From contig NW_026782303.1 of the NCBI RefSeq assembly GCF_031769215.1, positions 372,001 to 436,000 on the forward strand: a stretch of DNA of 64,000 bases, in the 5' to 3' direction. Shown in pieces: positions 61,743-64,000 of this stretch. Position numbers and translations under genes: made by a program. The stretch's first letter is position 1; each line of letters begins with the position of its first letter. The DNA comes from Ylistrum balloti. Lineage: Eukaryota. The notes beneath the pieces are model-generated. The model had not been told where the DNA came from. It worked only from the letters and a program-made list of their open reading frames with translations, and searched no databases.

Positions 61743-63060
61743 CAGCATTGTAAGGGAGGGGAAACATTATAGATGAGGGATAGCATTGTAGGGGAGGGTT
61801 GCATTGTTATGGAGGGGCAGCATTGTAGGGGATGGGCAGCATTGTAAGTGAGGTTGCATTGTTATGGAGGGGGCATCATAGTAGGGAAGGGGCAGCATTG
61901 TAGGGGATGGGCAGCATTGTAAGTGAGGTTGCATTGTTATGGAGGGGGCATCATAGTAGGGAAGGGGCAGCATAGTAGGGAAGGGGAAGCATAGTAGGGG
62001 AGGGGCAGCATTATAAGTGAGGTTGCATTGTTAGGGAGGGGCAGCATTGTAGAGGAGGGGCAGCATTGTAGGGAAGGATAGCATTGTAAGGACAGCGTTG
62101 TAGGGGACTGGCAGCATTGTAGGGGAGGGGCGGCATTGAAGGAGGGGCAGCATTGTAAGGACAGCATTGTAGGGGAGGGGCAGCATTGTAAGTGAAGTTG
62201 CATTGCTAGGGAGGGGCAGTATTGTAGGGGAGGAGCAACGTTGTAGGGGAGGGGCAGCATTGTAGAGGAGGGACAGTATTGTAGAGGAGGGATAGTATTG
62301 TAGGGACAACGTTGAAGGGGAGGTGCAGCATTGTTGGGGAGGGGCAGCAGTGTAGGGGAGAGGCAGTATTGTAGAGGAGGGCATCATGGTAGGGGAGGGG
62401 CAGCATTGTAGAGGAGGGGCAGCATTGTAGATGAGGGGCAGTATTGTAGAGGAGGGACAGTATTGTAGGGGAGGGGCAGCAGTGTAGGGGAGGGGCAGCA
62501 TTGTAGAGGAGGGGCAGCATTGTAGTGGAGGGGCAGCAGTGTAGGGGAGGAGCAGTATTGTAGGGGAGGGGCAGCAGTGTAGTGGAGGGGCAGCATTGTT
62601 AGGGAGGGGCAGCAGTGTAGTGGAGGGGCAGCATTGTTAGGGAGGGGCAGCAGTGTAGGGGAGGGGCAGCAGTGTAGGGGAGGGGCAGCAGTGTAGGGGA
62701 GGGGCAGCATTGTTAGGGAGGGGCAGCAGTGTAGGGGAGGGGCAGCAGTGTAGGGGAGGGGCAGCAGTGTAGTGGAGGGGCAGCATTGTTAGGGAGGGGC
62801 AGCAGTGTAGGGGAGGGGCAGCAGTGTAGGGGAGGGGCAGAAGTGTAGGGGAGGGGCAGCATTGTAGGGAAGGACAGCATTGTAAGGACAGCGTTGTAGA
62901 GGAGGGGCAGCAATGTAGGGGAGGGGCAGCATTGTAATGAAGGGGCAGTATTGTAGAGGAGGGACAGTATTGTAAAAGGGCAGTATTGTAGGGGAGGGGC
63001 AGCCATGTAAAGAAAGTGGCAACATTGTAGGGAAAGGATAGCAATCTGGGCAGGGAGCAT
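61743..63060. repeat. G-rich 19-21-bp minisatellite (~1.3 kb)
   Basis: Unit GGGGAGGGGCAGCA(G/T)TGTA with a 19-bp period in the core (62648, 62667, 62686). Explains all the Pro-rich minus-strand ORFs. Confidence 0.95.
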
Positions 63061-64000
63061 GATAACAGCAGGAGGTAGGACACCATTTTATGGAAGGGTG
63101 TGGCAGTTACATGTACATTGTACATAAGATATGTCTTCAGGAAAAAGTTGTCTTGTGTTTATCAAACGATTCGACTATTGAACATATTACAAAGTAAGAA
63201 TTCGAATTGACTTACAGATCAAGAAAGTAAAAATCATGCAAAACACGTGTATTATTTACGCGACGGACTCTGTTGAACACGTATGTCTCGAATTTCACTT
63301 CATCCATTGTTGAGCTAGTCCTCAGCATTGCTAAATTTGTGTGATATAAGAGGACATTTGTTTGAAACACCTAATAAAATGCGGATATTACACAAACGTA
63401 TATATTGTTTACTGTATATTTATATGTGTTCCGTTTTGCTAAATTACCAAGCTGAAGCTGACAGAATACTATTTGCTGGAAATCAATATGCACCTGTACA
63501 GTAGCAATTATCTTAGATATGAACACCTGTGTATGCCTCGGATTGAATTCATAGAAATTAAAAAGATGCATTAGATTAATAATGGGTTCATATACTTACA
63601 GTATATTTGTAAATACGTCAACCTTTTTGGATAACATTCACAGTGTGTATAGATAGTGTATAAGCATCATAATAGTACATAGGACACACAAGCCTACACT
63701 TGTAGATGTACTTCATTTGTATTTGTGCTCGATTTTGATTGGTTGGTCACTGTCAAAGGTGAAGAACATACGTGCAAGTTTATCTCTCGAAATTCTTTTC
63801 AATCATATCTGTATTTTTCTGTCGTTTGTAAAATTTACAAATCATTTTAATGAAAACATTGGGCATTTATTTTTTACTACAACACATTTACCGTTTGTTC
63901 TATTGATATTGTGATTAACGTCGATCAATTTCTCACAATAATAATTTTGTAAAAAGAATACATGGATATGGATATGAACAAAGTTAGATTAATCAACAGC

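Noticed and set aside
61767-63125. Pro/Cys-rich minus-strand ORFs (extensin-like)
   Set aside because: Translation of a C-rich strand with 19-21-bp units, open in several frames at once.

Overview
AT-rich, intron-containing animal genomic DNA, most likely a bivalve mollusc. This is inferred from the repeat types (V-domain tRNA-SINEs, Helentron-associated-like elements, RTEX/L2-like LINEs) and is not proven; a scallop is my guess. Protein genes rebuilt by hand from splice sites and phase: the 3' end of an unidentified gene (+, to 1568); SFR1 (-, 3 exons, 377 aa); a C-factor/CsgA-like short-chain dehydrogenase (+, 3 coding exons, 261 aa) head-to-head with SFR1; ERGIC1 (-, 9 exons, 292 aa, 19113-37126); and two divergent brainiac-like GT31 glycosyltransferases with intronless CDSs (42357-43496 -, 45990-47180 +). 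ERGIC1 intron 1 holds a 5'-truncated, recently inactivated non-LTR retrotransposon. About 11 kb (~17%) of the window is tandem repeat from at least 12 unrelated unit types, and these arrays explain most long ORFs in the supplied track. I found no CRISPR array, rRNA or intact tRNA gene, and no clearly new multi-gene system. Best leads: the inverted brainiac-like GT31 pair; a covarying hairpin resembling a broken hammerhead core at the LINE 3' ends; an unidentified decayed coding-like segment partly duplicated together with a 39-bp minisatellite; a spliced transcript diverging from the ERGIC1 promoter; and two internally deleted LINE derivatives sharing the same stop codon and 3' flank. All coordinates were counted by hand and may be off by a few bases.
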